Of a DNA stretch of 64,000 nt, positions 47,087-60,240 are shown piece by piece. Both the position numbers and the translations under genes were made by a program. Below the pieces are notes generated by a model, which did not search any database, was not told the DNA's origin, and saw only the letters and a list, made by a program, of their open reading frames with translations. Source of the stretch: Lepidodermella squamata (Eukaryota; Animalia; Gastrotricha); contig JBLDXI010000033.1 in assembly GCA_047495785.1 (NCBI GenBank), positions 1,364,001-1,428,000 on the forward strand. Reading direction: 5' to 3'. Positions within the stretch are counted from its first letter, which is position 1. Every line of letters begins with the position of its first letter.

Positions 47087-50000
47087 AAAAGCTAACTAAT
47101 CATCTCATAACAATCGCCCTATTAAAATATAATAAATTCCTCCTTAATAAATTTCTGAACCACAGCAAAAATGAAGCGCTTCGTACCCAAGCAGCGGGCA
47201 AAAGTGTTAAGCCTGCGGTCACTTTCATCCGAGATGAGTAATTTGGTGTGAAAAACTCTAAAAATCTAGAATCAGAAAATAATTTATGCGATCTTCAACA
47301 CTGCGTGCGCGTTATCAGCCAAAAAATTCGCCGGCACTTAAAGCAGCGGCGACCGCGATAACGCGACACAGGGGGTAATTCGAAAGCGCCTTGAGAGCGA
47401 GGGGGAGCGCGGCTTGAGAGGCGCACAAGTTTATGATATATTGGAAAGAGAAACAAAGCTCGAACATGAAAGATTTATATCATCGCGCTATTATCAATTT
47501 TTTTCCCTGTATAAAGCCGAGACGGCGATTGTTTGTGTTTGTAAGGAAACATTTCATACGAGTATAATAAGATAGCATACACTATGTGCGACTTGAAATC
47601 GTGAAATATGTATGCACGAGTTATAAGTCTAAAAATTCAACGCCTATAAATATGCCGGTTAAATATTCCTAGAGAACGCCTTTTACTCATTACCGGAGCA
47701 CATGGGGAGAAATCATAAAAACGCCATTTTAAATCGAGGAGTTAGACCAGTACAGCTCATTTTTTCAGCCCCACACGTCAGCGATTTATAAAAAAACTGC
47801 GCGCTACCAGAAAAAACGCTTGTAATTTAATTTACGAAGAACTTGCGCAATGTGTAATATTTTGGAATTAGGTCAGGGTGTATATATATATATAGAAACG
47901 GCTGCAATCAAAATAACTTTTCGATGATGATGATGATAATGCAATATATAGAGAAGGCATATACTTAGAACTACTCACTTAAAAGGTGGAAAATACACCT
48001 ATCCGATGTTTGCCGAACCTGAGCGCCGATCTGCCTGTATGTAATAACATAATTTTTGGCGGCTCTGCAACGTTTGTTCATCCGCCGGTAGTGCCGCGTG
48101 CGAAAAAATCGCATTACTCAAACATTCATCGCTTGAAATGATAGGTACAGGCGAGAATATAATAAGGTGCGCGCAGTGGGAGTGAACAGACAGCCGGAAT
48201 TGCGCTATTTTTTCAACCCGATAATAGTAAGAGAAAATCAAAATATCGCTGTTGATGATAAGCCCCTATAGGTAAGATTGATAAAAGGTTAACGTTATCG
48301 ATGGGATCATTTACATGGTAACTCGAGCGAAACGTAAACAAAACCGCGATTTTAACCCCGCAAAAATTGGGGCGGGGAAAATTGCTCAGAAAATGCACTG
48401 AATCGCGGCAGACGAAATTTTTTTCAATGAGAGTAAAACTGCGGTAATGAGCTATCAAATTAAATAATCTAGGATCCAGGGGAATAGTGTTGGCTTCTAA
48501 CTACAGAATTTTTAACGCGTTGATTATATAGTATTAGGGGCCTGACGATTGATTGACCAGCCTGCAAACTTAATTAAAATGTGCGCACCAGATTTTTTCG
48601 ACCGCAAAAAAATTCATAATGAATTTCACTTTGCAAAATAATATACGCCGGTAAGTGTCAGAAGTGGAATAATAATGACGGGGGGCATATATCTGAATCG
48701 GAGTAATGAGAAGTGCGCGCCAAAGCAAATATCGTTATTTTTCATGCATTTTGATTTCGGCAAATAAATTTGCGCTCTTAGGTATAATAAAAAAAGCGCA
48801 GTTATAATACTGAAAGTGAGAAGCGGAAGCATTTTTTCCTCCTCGGAATGGCTAATAATGATCTCAAAGAGCTCCTGTCACGCTCCGCCTCCCTCTTATA
48901 GGTATAAATTTTCTATAATCAGGCTTTCAACCATGAATCGACTTGGCGCATATTTATTATTGGAAATAATGGGAAAATGACCCGGCTTATATGCTAAATA
49001 TTTTTTTTCTATACCGCAAGGCAAACAAAAGGAACTTCACAGATTTTTCAAGAAGATAAGAACGAAAAGCCGTATTTTGCTAAATATGAAAATTAGAACA
49101 ATAAAATTGATTGAATGGTTTATTTACTTATTTTTGACAAAAGCCATTATTATTTGTGCGCGTATTTCATATTTCGTAAGTCCGTTTGTTGACGCGCGTT
49201 TCGGATGGCGAGCATTTAATATTATCATGAATAAATCTCAACTATATACGCCCACACAATAACGTTATCATCATTAGTCGATAGGAAATCGGCGGAAGTG
49301 CGCAGGTCCCTCCCTCAATACTACAACCCGGAAAGTTCTGAAATTTCCATAGCTAAGATGTTGTTTTTTAACCGAAGTTTCACCGTAAGGCAAAACCCTA
49401 CAGGTAGGGATTAGCATCAAGGAGAAAATCTTTGCTAACGATTGCCGGCAGGTATAAAGCTATCGATCTTTGTAATGTTTAATGAGAATAAAGAGTTCAT
49501 GCTGACATTTGATGTTGACTCGCAAATTGAACAAGGAAATGGATCTCCGAGTCGTATATTTAGGATTATACACTGCCATTTTATAATAATGCATGAGACA
49601 CTAATCAATATGACAACAGTAAACATGATAGTAATAGGGTTGACTTATCGTCTGTAGTTTGGTAAATACGTAGGGAATAAATCTATGAATTAAACAAGAA
49701 AATATTGGCGACATATCAGTTTTATGTAAAAAGTGACAAGTTGACGCCGACGATGCTTCACACCCTCGCGATTTGGGATTGATTCATTGAAATGCAACCC
49801 AGACGCTACAGCTATATGATAGTGGCCAACTTTTTTTCAAAATTCTAGACCAAAGAATCTCTCATATGGCTGTTATCTTCAATCTACGTTTGCAGGTATA
49901 TAGGAAGCGATTTGTATTATTTACGGCTCAATCCGGGTAACAAAAATAACCTTGCGATAGTGGATGATATAGGATATTATTTGCCATGCAATTTACAGCT

Positions 50001-51228
50001 CAGTCGTTTGTAACACATCAAACGAAAACAACGAATAAAATGGGAGCCGCTACTATGGTGGTGAGTATGCGGATTGCGATGCGGAGCTGAAAAATCATTG
50101 TTCGCCGTAAAATAGCGCCGTAAGACGGCACTTACATACCAGCTATTGAGCTATTGAAAGGCGAGTGGGATGGTGCGGTGTAATGTATAGCGGGTAAACA
50201 ATTCGCAACATTACCTTACGCCTTACTCATGGCGTTATATATTATTATTTTCCGCCTTAAAGGGTTCTGCCTCACTTACAATATTAAGGAAAAATATAAT
50301 CGGAGGTATCAGCCACGCGTAAAGTGTTCGATCATTTATAATCTCTCGGCCATGTTTTCTCCACCACCGCCGATATGGGTGAAAGACATTGGGATGTCCA
50401 AATTCTGATTCAAAATCTTGATTCATTCCTTTTACGAGCAATTATAATTTCATTAAAAGAGGATTTTATTATTGTTCCATGCGGCTAATACATTTTACAT
50501 TTTCAAGTGATAAAAAAAGCAGGGTCCAAAATTCAAACCAAAAGCGAAAACTAGGCTGCCAATTCATTTGCCGCTACTGCTCGTAGCCAAGTCTTTATTC
50601 CTTAATTTTATCAGTTTTCATCATTCAGAGATTTTTTAGAGGAAAATGTCATCCCAGCAATGACATCTGAGATAATCGATGGGCTAATGAGACGAAATCT
50701 TCAGAAAAATTGTCAACACCATGATAAATAAATACCATAGATCTGACGCTCTACAACATTTTATTAGTGTGCCGAGATGACTCATCACGATTTTTTGCTT
50801 TTCGGGTCGCGTGCTGGAAGAAATCACTTGATGAGCGTAATAATATGTGTACTGCAAAAAGTGCGCATTAATCAATCTAAAATGGCGGAGCATTATCTTT
50901 AATTAATGAAAGCGAAGTTTGATTTGCTTCGATAATTTGATTTCGGATGATTAACTTATACAAAAACGTGTCTGAATTTTCGTATATTTTTTGTTGAGTT
51001 GGTTGTGGTAATAAATCGTGAAAAAAACAGCATATGACCCTGATATTAATGTTCGTTATCAATTAAATGCACCTGAATTACTCAGAAGCCAGAGCCATAT
51101 GTCAACGCATTTTCGATAAAGATTTTTCAAATTTCGCACGGCTCGCGTTATAACTCTCAATCCATTCCCAAGAGGCACAATAAAGCGGAATTTTCCCGAT
51201 TTAAGTATGGTGCCAGTTTAGTGGGAAA

Positions 51229-54200
51229 ATGCCACCGCCACCACCTCCGACAAATGATGCCAGCGAAGACAATATTTCAGCTCTATTCGACTTTTCCGAG
51301 GAACCTTCAAGCTCCTCAGTATCACCCCGCTCGACTGAAAGCACGAATTCGCAGCCGAATGATGCAGTTATAACCATGACGCCGCTCAGTGGCTTCAAAA
51401 AGCTGCCACGATTGAATGGATACGTCAAAAGCAGCGATAAAGGCAGCATCGAGAATGTTCTAGAGGCACCGCGCGATCTCAGCAAACGCCGCGCGACTGG
51501 ACCGGGTTGGACCCTGGGCGCTAGCGAAAGTGGGGATGCGATGCTAGACAACCCACTTTACCAGACCCAGCAGGGGCGCCGGTCGACAACAGTCGGCGAG
51601 TTGAGAAGTCGTCGTACGTCTTCGGTCCGTCTAGACCCGGCTGCTACGGCTGAACCTGTTTCTAAAAAGCGATCAAGCACGAGTAGTGGGGGCCAGCGAA
51701 GTTCGAAGGGCAACAACCGCCAAGATCAGTTTATTTCGAGGCTGTTCTATGAAGAAGAAGCTAGCGACTCGAAACCGGCTAACCATGTTGACATGTTCTC
51801 TCTTGCTATTCTCAAGGTAAAATAAAACCCCATTATCCCCGGAATCTATTCGTAAATTTACGAATTCCCAATTCAAATCGTTTTTGAATTCAGCACGAAA
51901 CACCATTCAATTCTGTACCAAATTATTCCAATCAGTTCCATATCCCCAATTTTAAGATCCAGCATCTAATCCTATCCTAACCCTACCCACTTAATTAAGC
52001 GAATAAAATGGTTAGGTATTAATTAAATGAAATTTGGTACTGCACTAAGATTTCCCCCATGGGGTTCCAGGTTCCAGCACTGAAAGGCAATCTAGCCCAA
52101 AATTTCCGATTTTTTTATTTCGCCTTGGTTTTTTTCGGGTGGGCCCAATACTAAACTGAGGTTTGAATGAGAGTCAGAAACTCGAGAAACCATATTTTGG
52201 GGAAATTCAGGACTGAAGCCTCAAATTTTAGCAATGAAGCTCTAAATTTAGGCTACGCATTGGTTTGGCTATAAAATTTGGTTAAGGAGGATTTTTTATT
52301 TTCATAACAAAATTTTTTTTGGCAATTTTTACTATTCTCTATTATTTCCAAGAGATACTGAGATGCTAAAAATTATTTAAAATTATTCAACAATTTTACA
52401 AATAATTTTATTCCTACAGAAACTTTTCAAGAAGCTGGCTATTGAGGAGATGTACCAGGTCTATTCGAAGCGCCAGTTTCGATCGCACATGTCATCAATG
52501 TTGGCCATTTTGGCCGTTTACAAAATAATCGGCCTTGCCCTCGCTATTTTTTACTATTCCTTTGACGACAAAAATCCAGGGCTACCAGACACGGAGGAGT
52601 TCAACTACTTCATCGCAAAAGCCCTATCATCGGGCACCATCCTAGCCACAGCGGTTGTCTTCTTATGCGGGGCTAGGATTGAAGACATTTACACGAAATG
52701 GTCGGGATTGATGTCGATCACCTTTCTATTAATCTACGGGCTCCACATTCTGGCCGAACCTTGGATTGAAGCCGGTTTCTCCAAGTCGATGTTCGACCCT
52801 GCACCCTTGGTTTTGCACTACATTTTCACGGCTTATGCGATGCTCCCCGTCGGGACTCTTACCAGCTTAGTCGCCGCGATTTCCCTATCGATTTTAAGCA
52901 TTGGTAACCAAATTGGTGTTTTTGTCTACGCTTATGAGGTCATTGAAGCCGAAGCTGTCGCGAACTTTCCCGGTCAAAGAGAAGAGGCCCGTGAGCCCGA
53001 GGAAGGTGTCGTAAATCAGGTCATTTCAATTTGCCTCCTGTTCATGGCTGCCAATGTTATCGGCGTGTATCTCAAGGTATTTTGCACCGAATTGACCTAC
53101 CGCCAGACGTGCTACAACACGCGTCAATACATCGAAACCGAACTGCTAACCAACATAAAAAATCAGATAACCCTCCGCATGAAAGAGTCGCTGATTTTCA
53201 AAATTATCCCTGCCTATCTCGTGCCGGATATTCTTGGCCAGATCGAAAAGCTGAGACATTTTCAAATTTCGAGACGGGAAAGCAAGAGGCGGCGTCAGTC
53301 GACTGACCCTAATTACCAAAGGCCAACAGTTGCTATGCTTGGCATGGCAGATGACGGGGCGCCGTCATGCACTGACTTCTCCCGGCGAATTTTGAAGTTG
53401 AACATCCAAAAACACGACGACGTTACGATTTTATTCGCAGATATCGTCGAATTTGTCAACCTCACCGGAACGCTAACTCCGTCACAGCTTGTGGAAACCC
53501 GATCTGTACTCCCAGTTTGACCACCTTGCCGAGCGGTTTCATTGCCAGAGGACTAAACTGATAGGCGATTGTTACAAATGCGTGTCTGGCCTGAATCAAA
53601 ATGACCGGCAAAGCGCGGTTGATGCCGTGTGGATGGGGTTGAATCTGGCGAAGGAAATTCGCCACATCGCCGTGCAGAGGAATGTTCCGCAGTTGAACAT
53701 GCGAATCGGTATTCATTCCGGCTTCGTCTTCGCCGGCATTCTCGGCCTAAGGAAGTGGCAATTCGACGTTTGGTCCGAAGATGTTGAAATAGCTAACGCT
53801 CTCGAGACGCAGGGTGTCCCAGGGTGCGTACACGCTAGCAAGGCGACGGTTCAGAAGTTGCCGCAGGAGTCCTTCGTAGTCGAACCAGTCATGCGATTCT
53901 TCAATATGCAGGAAAAAGGTCGAGAGGCTAGGGAACTGCTGACTCGAAAATCTATTACTTCGTTCATAGTTAAATGCCGTATGGCTGAGGAAATGAGAAA
54001 TCCCCCGATCGATATTCCACCCAGGTCACCCAATAACTTGACATTGAATGGGCCCACCTCGCCGCCCCCAAGCCGTAATTCGTCCAACGTAGGGTCTACG
54101 AATCATGAGTCAGGGACGCTAACTCGTGCTATGAAGAAGTTGGGCAACGTGTTTGTGACTCATGCGAGTGCCAGCCAAATCGAGGCCCCAACTAACTCAG

Positions 54201-56634
54201 GACCGTGTGAACTCATCCGTGACCAGGTTACCTCGACCCCTTCAAGCGACAACCCGATCGGAAATTTCATCGATGACACACGCAAATTCTGCCAACAGTT
54301 GCAGATTTCGGTGAGCATTTTCGCGAGAACCTTTCAATCCTATAACTCATTTTTCATCTTTCAGCCTCAAGATAAGGAAAAAGAGACCAATGCGCGGCTG
54401 AAAGAGGTTTTCATGGACGAGAGCCGCCTCAAAGAAATCCAGGCTGAAATGAATCCTATTTCGATGACGTTCAAGGTTCGGGAATCTTTCCTGGTGTAGC
54501 AATAGCTGTTTAAAATTGATTTTTTCAGAATTTGAGGTTGGAAAGAATTTACAAGCAACACCGTGACGATCCCTTCCAGCTGGCCATAGTCGTGTCCTAC
54601 CTGACCTTCCTGATAATAACGGCCATAATCCGTTTGAATGGTCTTCAGGGTCAAAATCAGGCTGTTACTACGGCGATTTCAAGCGTCACTACACTCGTCC
54701 TCGGCCTCGCCGTGTTTTTCTTCACAATCTGCGGCTTTTCGAATAAGCTAATGGCTAAACTTCGAGTTTTCTTGCGGTCAAATTTTGCTAGAAGCGTCGC
54801 TTATGTTTCAGCCATGGCAATACTGTACTGCAACGCGTTCATGCCGTTCTATCTGTGTAAACCACTGAACGAGTCTGAACTTCGAAAAATTTTCAACGAC
54901 AGCGTCTGCGAAATTTGCTACATCGACGACGAAAAATTGTGCAATAAATGTGAGTAAAAATCTTATTTACAGCGTGTCCCATAAGTAACGCAAACAATAA
55001 GAGAATATACAGAAAAAGGTTCAGTAACTCGAAAATGAGCCATATCTCAAGGCCAGAAAAATCTTAGAAATGCCACAGGAATGGTAATCAAGCATGTTTC
55101 TTGTGAATAATATTAAAAAATCCGAAGAAATTTCATCCAACCAGGTAAAAACCGAAAATACCGAAACAGTTACCATCGGGGTTTTCTGGGTTTTTTCCAG
55201 TACATTTTTCATTTCCTCGGTAATATCCTGGTTAGAGGATGGAAGATTCCCCCAGTGGGCTTAATTTTAAAAAATTAGTTTAATTTTCTTGAAAAAATTT
55301 TAAATTACAAAATGGTTGCGAAACTTATTATGGGACACGCTGTACTATTTTTCTCTAATTTTTGCCAATTTTTCAGCCCAATTGCCTGCTCGTCAATCAA
55401 TGCGCCACATGTATAGCCCCATCGTGAATTTCGAAGATTCGATGAGCCAGCCTCGAAGCTATAATTCGACCCCAGGTGGCGAGCCTGATGGCTACTGTGC
55501 CGATGCTTACCTTTTCGGCGACATGACTGTCCTGCTGATTTTTGTCACGTCAATTTTCTCTCGCATTCCTTTCCTTATCCGCTACCTTGTTATAATAATC
55601 GGAAATTTAGTGTTCATCTTCTTCGCTTTCCTGCTAAAACCCGATGCTTTTGCTGCTTATGACATGTGTGCTGTTCAGCATAAATTCAGCCATACCAACT
55701 TTGAATCTAAAACCTATTACGCTTTATTCATATCGTTTTTCTTCGCCAATTTGTTTGTCATGTGCTATCAACAGGAGAAAAATAACCGACTTGATTTCTT
55801 GCTGCGAGACGGGGCGAAAAAGAAGGAGATGGAACTGAACAAAAAGCTGGCGCAAAATAGCGCTTTATTGGAGAATATCCTGCCATCTCATGTCATTGAA
55901 TGGTACCTGGCTTCGGAAACTGTTACAACGGTAATAAATTTGTAATAAATTTAAAATTTTCATCAATTTTGACAGGCCTTGTACGTCCGATCCCACGAAC
56001 AAGTTTGCATTTTATTCGCGAAAATCACGAACTACACTTTCGAAGGCGATTCAGCCGAGGTGATGCGAGCCCTCAACGAAATAACAGCCGCTTTCGACAA
56101 CCTGATGGACCAGCACGAGTACTCCAAGTACATTGAAAAAATCAAAATCAACCAGACAATGTTCATGTACGCCGCTGGCCTCGGATCAGGGGTCGATTTC
56201 GACGCAGCCGCTTTGATTCTTCTGGAATTTGCTGCTAACATGTTCGATGTCCTTCGAAAATTGAACTCTCAAATCAGCTATGATTATCAGTTACGCGTCG
56301 GGCTTCATTGCGGACCTGTTGTCGCAGGAGTAATTGGGTCATCAATGTAATAAATTTTTAATTTTTTTTAATTTTTTTTTAATTTTCTATAATTTTAAGG
56401 CCTTTGTATGACATTCTCGGTGATACGGTGAATTTTGCCTCACGTTTGGAAAGTTGCGGCCAGGATGGGTTTATTTTGGTGTCAAAAGAAGTTAATCAGC
56501 ACTACCTGGATTGCGGGTTGACCTTTCATCGCGAGATCAAGCCGTACATCAAAGGTGTTGGTTACCGCCGAGTTTACATCTACACGCCGGTACAAGTTAT
56601 CGATTTCATGAAAGAACTTCGCGAAATGGCTTGA
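51229..56634 (+). CDS. ADCY-like: Transmembrane adenylyl cyclase (two TM clusters, C1 and C2), with an apparent frameshift at 53500/53501
   Basis: C1: VTILFADIV.F, KLIGDCY.CVSG, MRIGIHSG, KWQFDVWS.DV..AN.LE..G.PG.VH. C2: IEKIK, LRVGLH.GPVVAGVIG, YDI.GDTVN.ASR.ES. First intron 51817-52419. Confidence 0.85.
54970..55342. mobile_element. Tc1/mariner-type MITE in adenylyl cyclase intron
   Basis: TA|CAGCGTGTCCCATAA ... TTATGGGACACGCTG|TA; the internal sequence recurs at ~63558-63735. Confidence 0.85.
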
Positions 56635-56732
56635 ATTATTTTATTTCGCCTCGTGAAAATGTTATAATGATGCTTGCATATTATTGAATAATGGTCTCGT
56701 GCATTTTCGGTGATATGATTTTCAAACGACAT

Positions 56733-57279
56733 TTATGGGTCAGTTTTCCGATTTTTCATTCCTGGAACGCCGCGCTCGTCTATTTCGTTGTATAGCCTGC
56801 AGGTAAAACAGGGCCAACAACAAGCAGCTTCAACGCCTTCGCTCCACATATTTTGCTAAGAGAATTAAATTAACAAAAATTATTCAAATCTAAATTAAAT
56901 TTTACCTCGATTCCAGTGAGAGTTCGATAACGAACATTAAGGGGCAATACCCCGCAACATGGCCCGTAACAAAAATTTTCCTTCAATTTTTGAGCTATTA
57001 AGGCGGCTGCAATAGCTGGACAAAATGCTGTCAGAAAACCTGTCAAAAAAAAAACAAATCAATTTAGACTACCTATTTTAAATGAATAAAAATTAATTTA
57101 CAAAATTGGACGTGTTTCGTGCATCCGAATAATTTGTTCGAATACTGATGACCCGGGTCTGCTTCAGAAACTAAAGCCTCAGCGTCATGTCGCTGCTCTT
57201 CTTCAGCCTGAGTTTGGTGTTCCGGCTGTGATGAGATAATTGTCACTTTGATCTCCTCGACGCCGTCCGCTTGCGACAT
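56733..57279 (-). CDS. PLAC8/cornifelin-family Cys-rich protein, copy 1
   Basis: Y...LFGC....FC.LTAFCP.I...IA.KL.ENFC...CC....VRYR..TGIE...ACCWPCFTCRL.NE; two GT-AG introns. Confidence 0.8.
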
Positions 57280-57865
57280 GATGTTTCAAACGAATTATGA
57301 AAAATTAAAAAGTAAATTTGTCAATTTCGCGGTTTACAAAACTGGTGGCGTGGCGCGCCTCACAGCCACCAGCACTCGGCGTTTGTTGAAAAGACGGTCA
57401 CGTTCGAGATGCCTGTGAATGTCGCGCAACTTGAGGAGGTCAACAACTTGCGAGGCGCAAAACGTGACGTCAATATTGCCGCGCCACGTGCGTCCATTTT
57501 TACAACGCTATGAGGCCAAATTCACATAGCCTAAATCCTTAATTTATACCCAAATAATGAAATATATCAAACAAATAGTCGAGACAAATAGAAAAAATAG
57601 TTTACTTTTTTTTAATAAATTATAAAAATAAAGCTGAACAGCAGAGAAAATTTGCCAGCATATTGAAAATAATTCAGTATAATTATGGATGAAATAAGAA
57701 TATCAAGCATGATTTTCAGAACAAGGAAATAATCATCAATTTTATGTACATCATAATATCTCGGAGTTGCTTGTCCATCATTCTCACAGGTGTTGTAACA
57801 GAGCTGCCGGTGACCGGAATTTATCACTCATCAGTAAAAATAGTCTTATAATAAAAATTTGAAAA

Positions 57866-58658
57866 TTAATTATGGCCGCGGACTCGCATCTCGTTCAACA
57901 ATCTAGCGCAAAGAAATATGGGTCAACAATTTGTGAAATGCTAAAAATCGCTAAATTTACCTGCACATCATGCACTGAGGGCACCAACACCATAAGCAAG
58001 CTGAGAAATAATTAATTTTTAGAATATAAAAACAGGAACCGCCTTAAAAAAAATTTACCTTCCCCACACATGCCCATCTCAATTCTGTGTAGAGTTCGGA
58101 AGCGAACCGAAACAGAAACGATGCCTGAAATTGAGATAAATTGGGTAAATTTCGTAGAATTTCCTTATATTTTACCATTTGGAAAGAAGGCTGGGTAACA
58201 GCAATTTTCGTTAAGCTTATTAGCAGCAATGCACTGAGCGACTGGAAAGCAGAAGAACACCAGGGCGCCTTAAAAAAATGATGTGCGTATAAGATGAATG
58301 ATGATTTTAAGCGGAATTTTTTCTCACATGTTCCACAGCTGTTCATGCAATCGCAAAGGCTTATTTGCCAATTGGGGTTCTCAGGCTTTTTATCCAATGC
58401 ACCGCCGCCCGTATTCACGTTGATCTGCATGGTAGGCATCGGCTGGTGGGTGACTGGGTACCCACCCATAGGTTGCTGCTGGCCATAACCAGGTCCGCCG
58501 TACTGCTGGTGACCGCCGTAACCCTGCTGCCCGCCGTACTGCTGTTGCCCGCCGTAGGGCTGTTGTCCGTAAGGTCCTACTTGCGCCATAGAGCTTCTGT
58601 TAGGGCTTCCGTATTGACTTTTGCCGTAATAGCCGCCTTGTTGTTGGCTGTTGCTCAT
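57866..58658 (-). CDS. PLAC8/cornifelin-family protein, copy 2, with Gly/Gln/Tyr/Pro-rich N-terminus
   Basis: PVTHQP, W..SLCDC...CGTC.LVFFCFP..QC..A.KL.ENCC, R.R..H.IE, WCWCPQC.MCR..NE.R; four GT-AG introns. Confidence 0.82.
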
Positions 58659-59334
58659 GCAATGACAAGTACTTTATATGTGCGCCTGAGAGATGAGAAG
58701 CGAGTGGCTTTTTAAAAAAAATCGAAAAAACGCGTGGGTAAATACACAGCACAGCAGCTATTGGTTGCTAGTTAACTTCGGTTTAACACAACACAAGGAA
58801 AACAGCGTGTTTTTAAATGACTAAACATACTAATAGCTCGACGAGGACGGCTAGGGGGAGACTCCGCCTGCTGGTAGCTATAGGCAGGGTGAGAATGGGT
58901 AGATCAAGCGTGACGAAGCGAAAACGCCGCCGCTGTTTTCTATCGATTCACCGAGGTGCAGTTGATGCGCGCAAGAAAAAAATACATCTGCTGGCGTCCT
59001 TAGCAACACATCGCGCCATAAATATTCATACGATTATCGGTTTGCAATTGTATTTTTTATGTTTAAAAATGAGTTCGAACAGACGAAACAAAGCGAGATG
59101 ATTCGTATGTCGCCTCGTGGGCGGTTCAACCCTTCTCCCTTCGAAATATTTCGTCTAGTTTTGCGGGAAAACCGGAGGCCCGCAGCAATTAAGCGATTTT
59201 AATTATTCATCTCCTTTGGCTCTTCTTGATCCAGAACAATAAAAACAAAGTTTTGATAAGCAATATTTGACTTTGACATCTGAATTAATCCTTTCTGGTT
59301 TAAGAAGCAATAAATTGAAGAATACTTTAACCCT

Positions 59335-60240
59335 CAGAAAATTTATTCTTTTCGTCAGAATCTATTTTATTTCTTCAGCAAAGCTATTTTTCTCCTCAGC
59401 AAGTGTTAATCAACTAATGAGTAATAATTTATACTATTAGTTGCAAAGAGTTAGAGCCATTACAACGCGCTTAGCAAGTTTATTAGCAAGTTATTAGCAG
59501 CAATTTTATCGCAAATTTTTCGCCTAATCAGATCCACATGACAGAGTGAAGTGAAATACTTAAATTTGCGCAACGCTTTGCGTTTTTGCGCCTCAGAGAA
59601 CTGGTGCAAGCGAGTGTGTCCTGGTTGAGGACTCGGGGCGAACTTTGATCGGGGCGGCTTGACATGAAGTGCCAGTTTTCGGCCCGCAAAGTTCGACCAC
59701 GATGTGACACGCGTCAGCCTTCTCGATTTCGGAGCACGAATTTAAACTGTTCTGATTCCCTTCAGGCATCTGTAATATCACACTTGGCGTTTCATTTTTG
59801 GTTTCACACCACTGCTAACCCGAAAAGGCTATTTCTGCCCAGTGGCGTAACCAGCTGTTTGTTTTGGTTGTTCCAACAACTACCAAAATGAAAACTCAAA
59901 AACCCTCTTCGGCCTGTTTTCTCTAGAAAAGGGCTCAAATTGGAGGGAATTTTTTCATATTTTCGATAATTTTGGAAAATCGGCACTCTTCGACCTTGGA
60001 AAAATGAAAAGTTCACTCTCAGATCCACAACAACTAGTCGTCTGTTATCTGGGCGCAGTAGCCTTAGCCGCTCACAAACGAGCACACGCGTGACAAAAAT
60101 TCGAAAAAATAATAAATTAAAATTATTAACACTTGCTGAGGAGGAAAATACCTTTGCTGAAGAAATAAAATAGGTTCTGACGAAAAAAAACTTTGCTGAG
60201 CAAAAACACAATTTTCTGACGAAAAGAATAAATTTGCTGA
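59335..60240. repeat. Long inverted repeat (probable non-autonomous TIR element)
   Basis: ~59352-59410 (TTCGTCAGAA...CTCAGCAAGTGTTAAT) is reverse-complementary to ~60124-60185, with a duplicated sub-block to ~60240. Ends and TSD not resolved. Confidence 0.65.

Noticed and set aside
47100-51200. Short ORFs between Kv2 and the cyclase (also 59500-61700)
   Set aside because: AT-rich, no domain signatures or consistent exon chains; likely regulatory or UTR-intron sequence.
53491-53503. Programmed ribosomal frameshift in the cyclase
   Set aside because: Two conserved residues are missing, which a simple shift would not restore, and there is no canonical slippery heptamer in frame.
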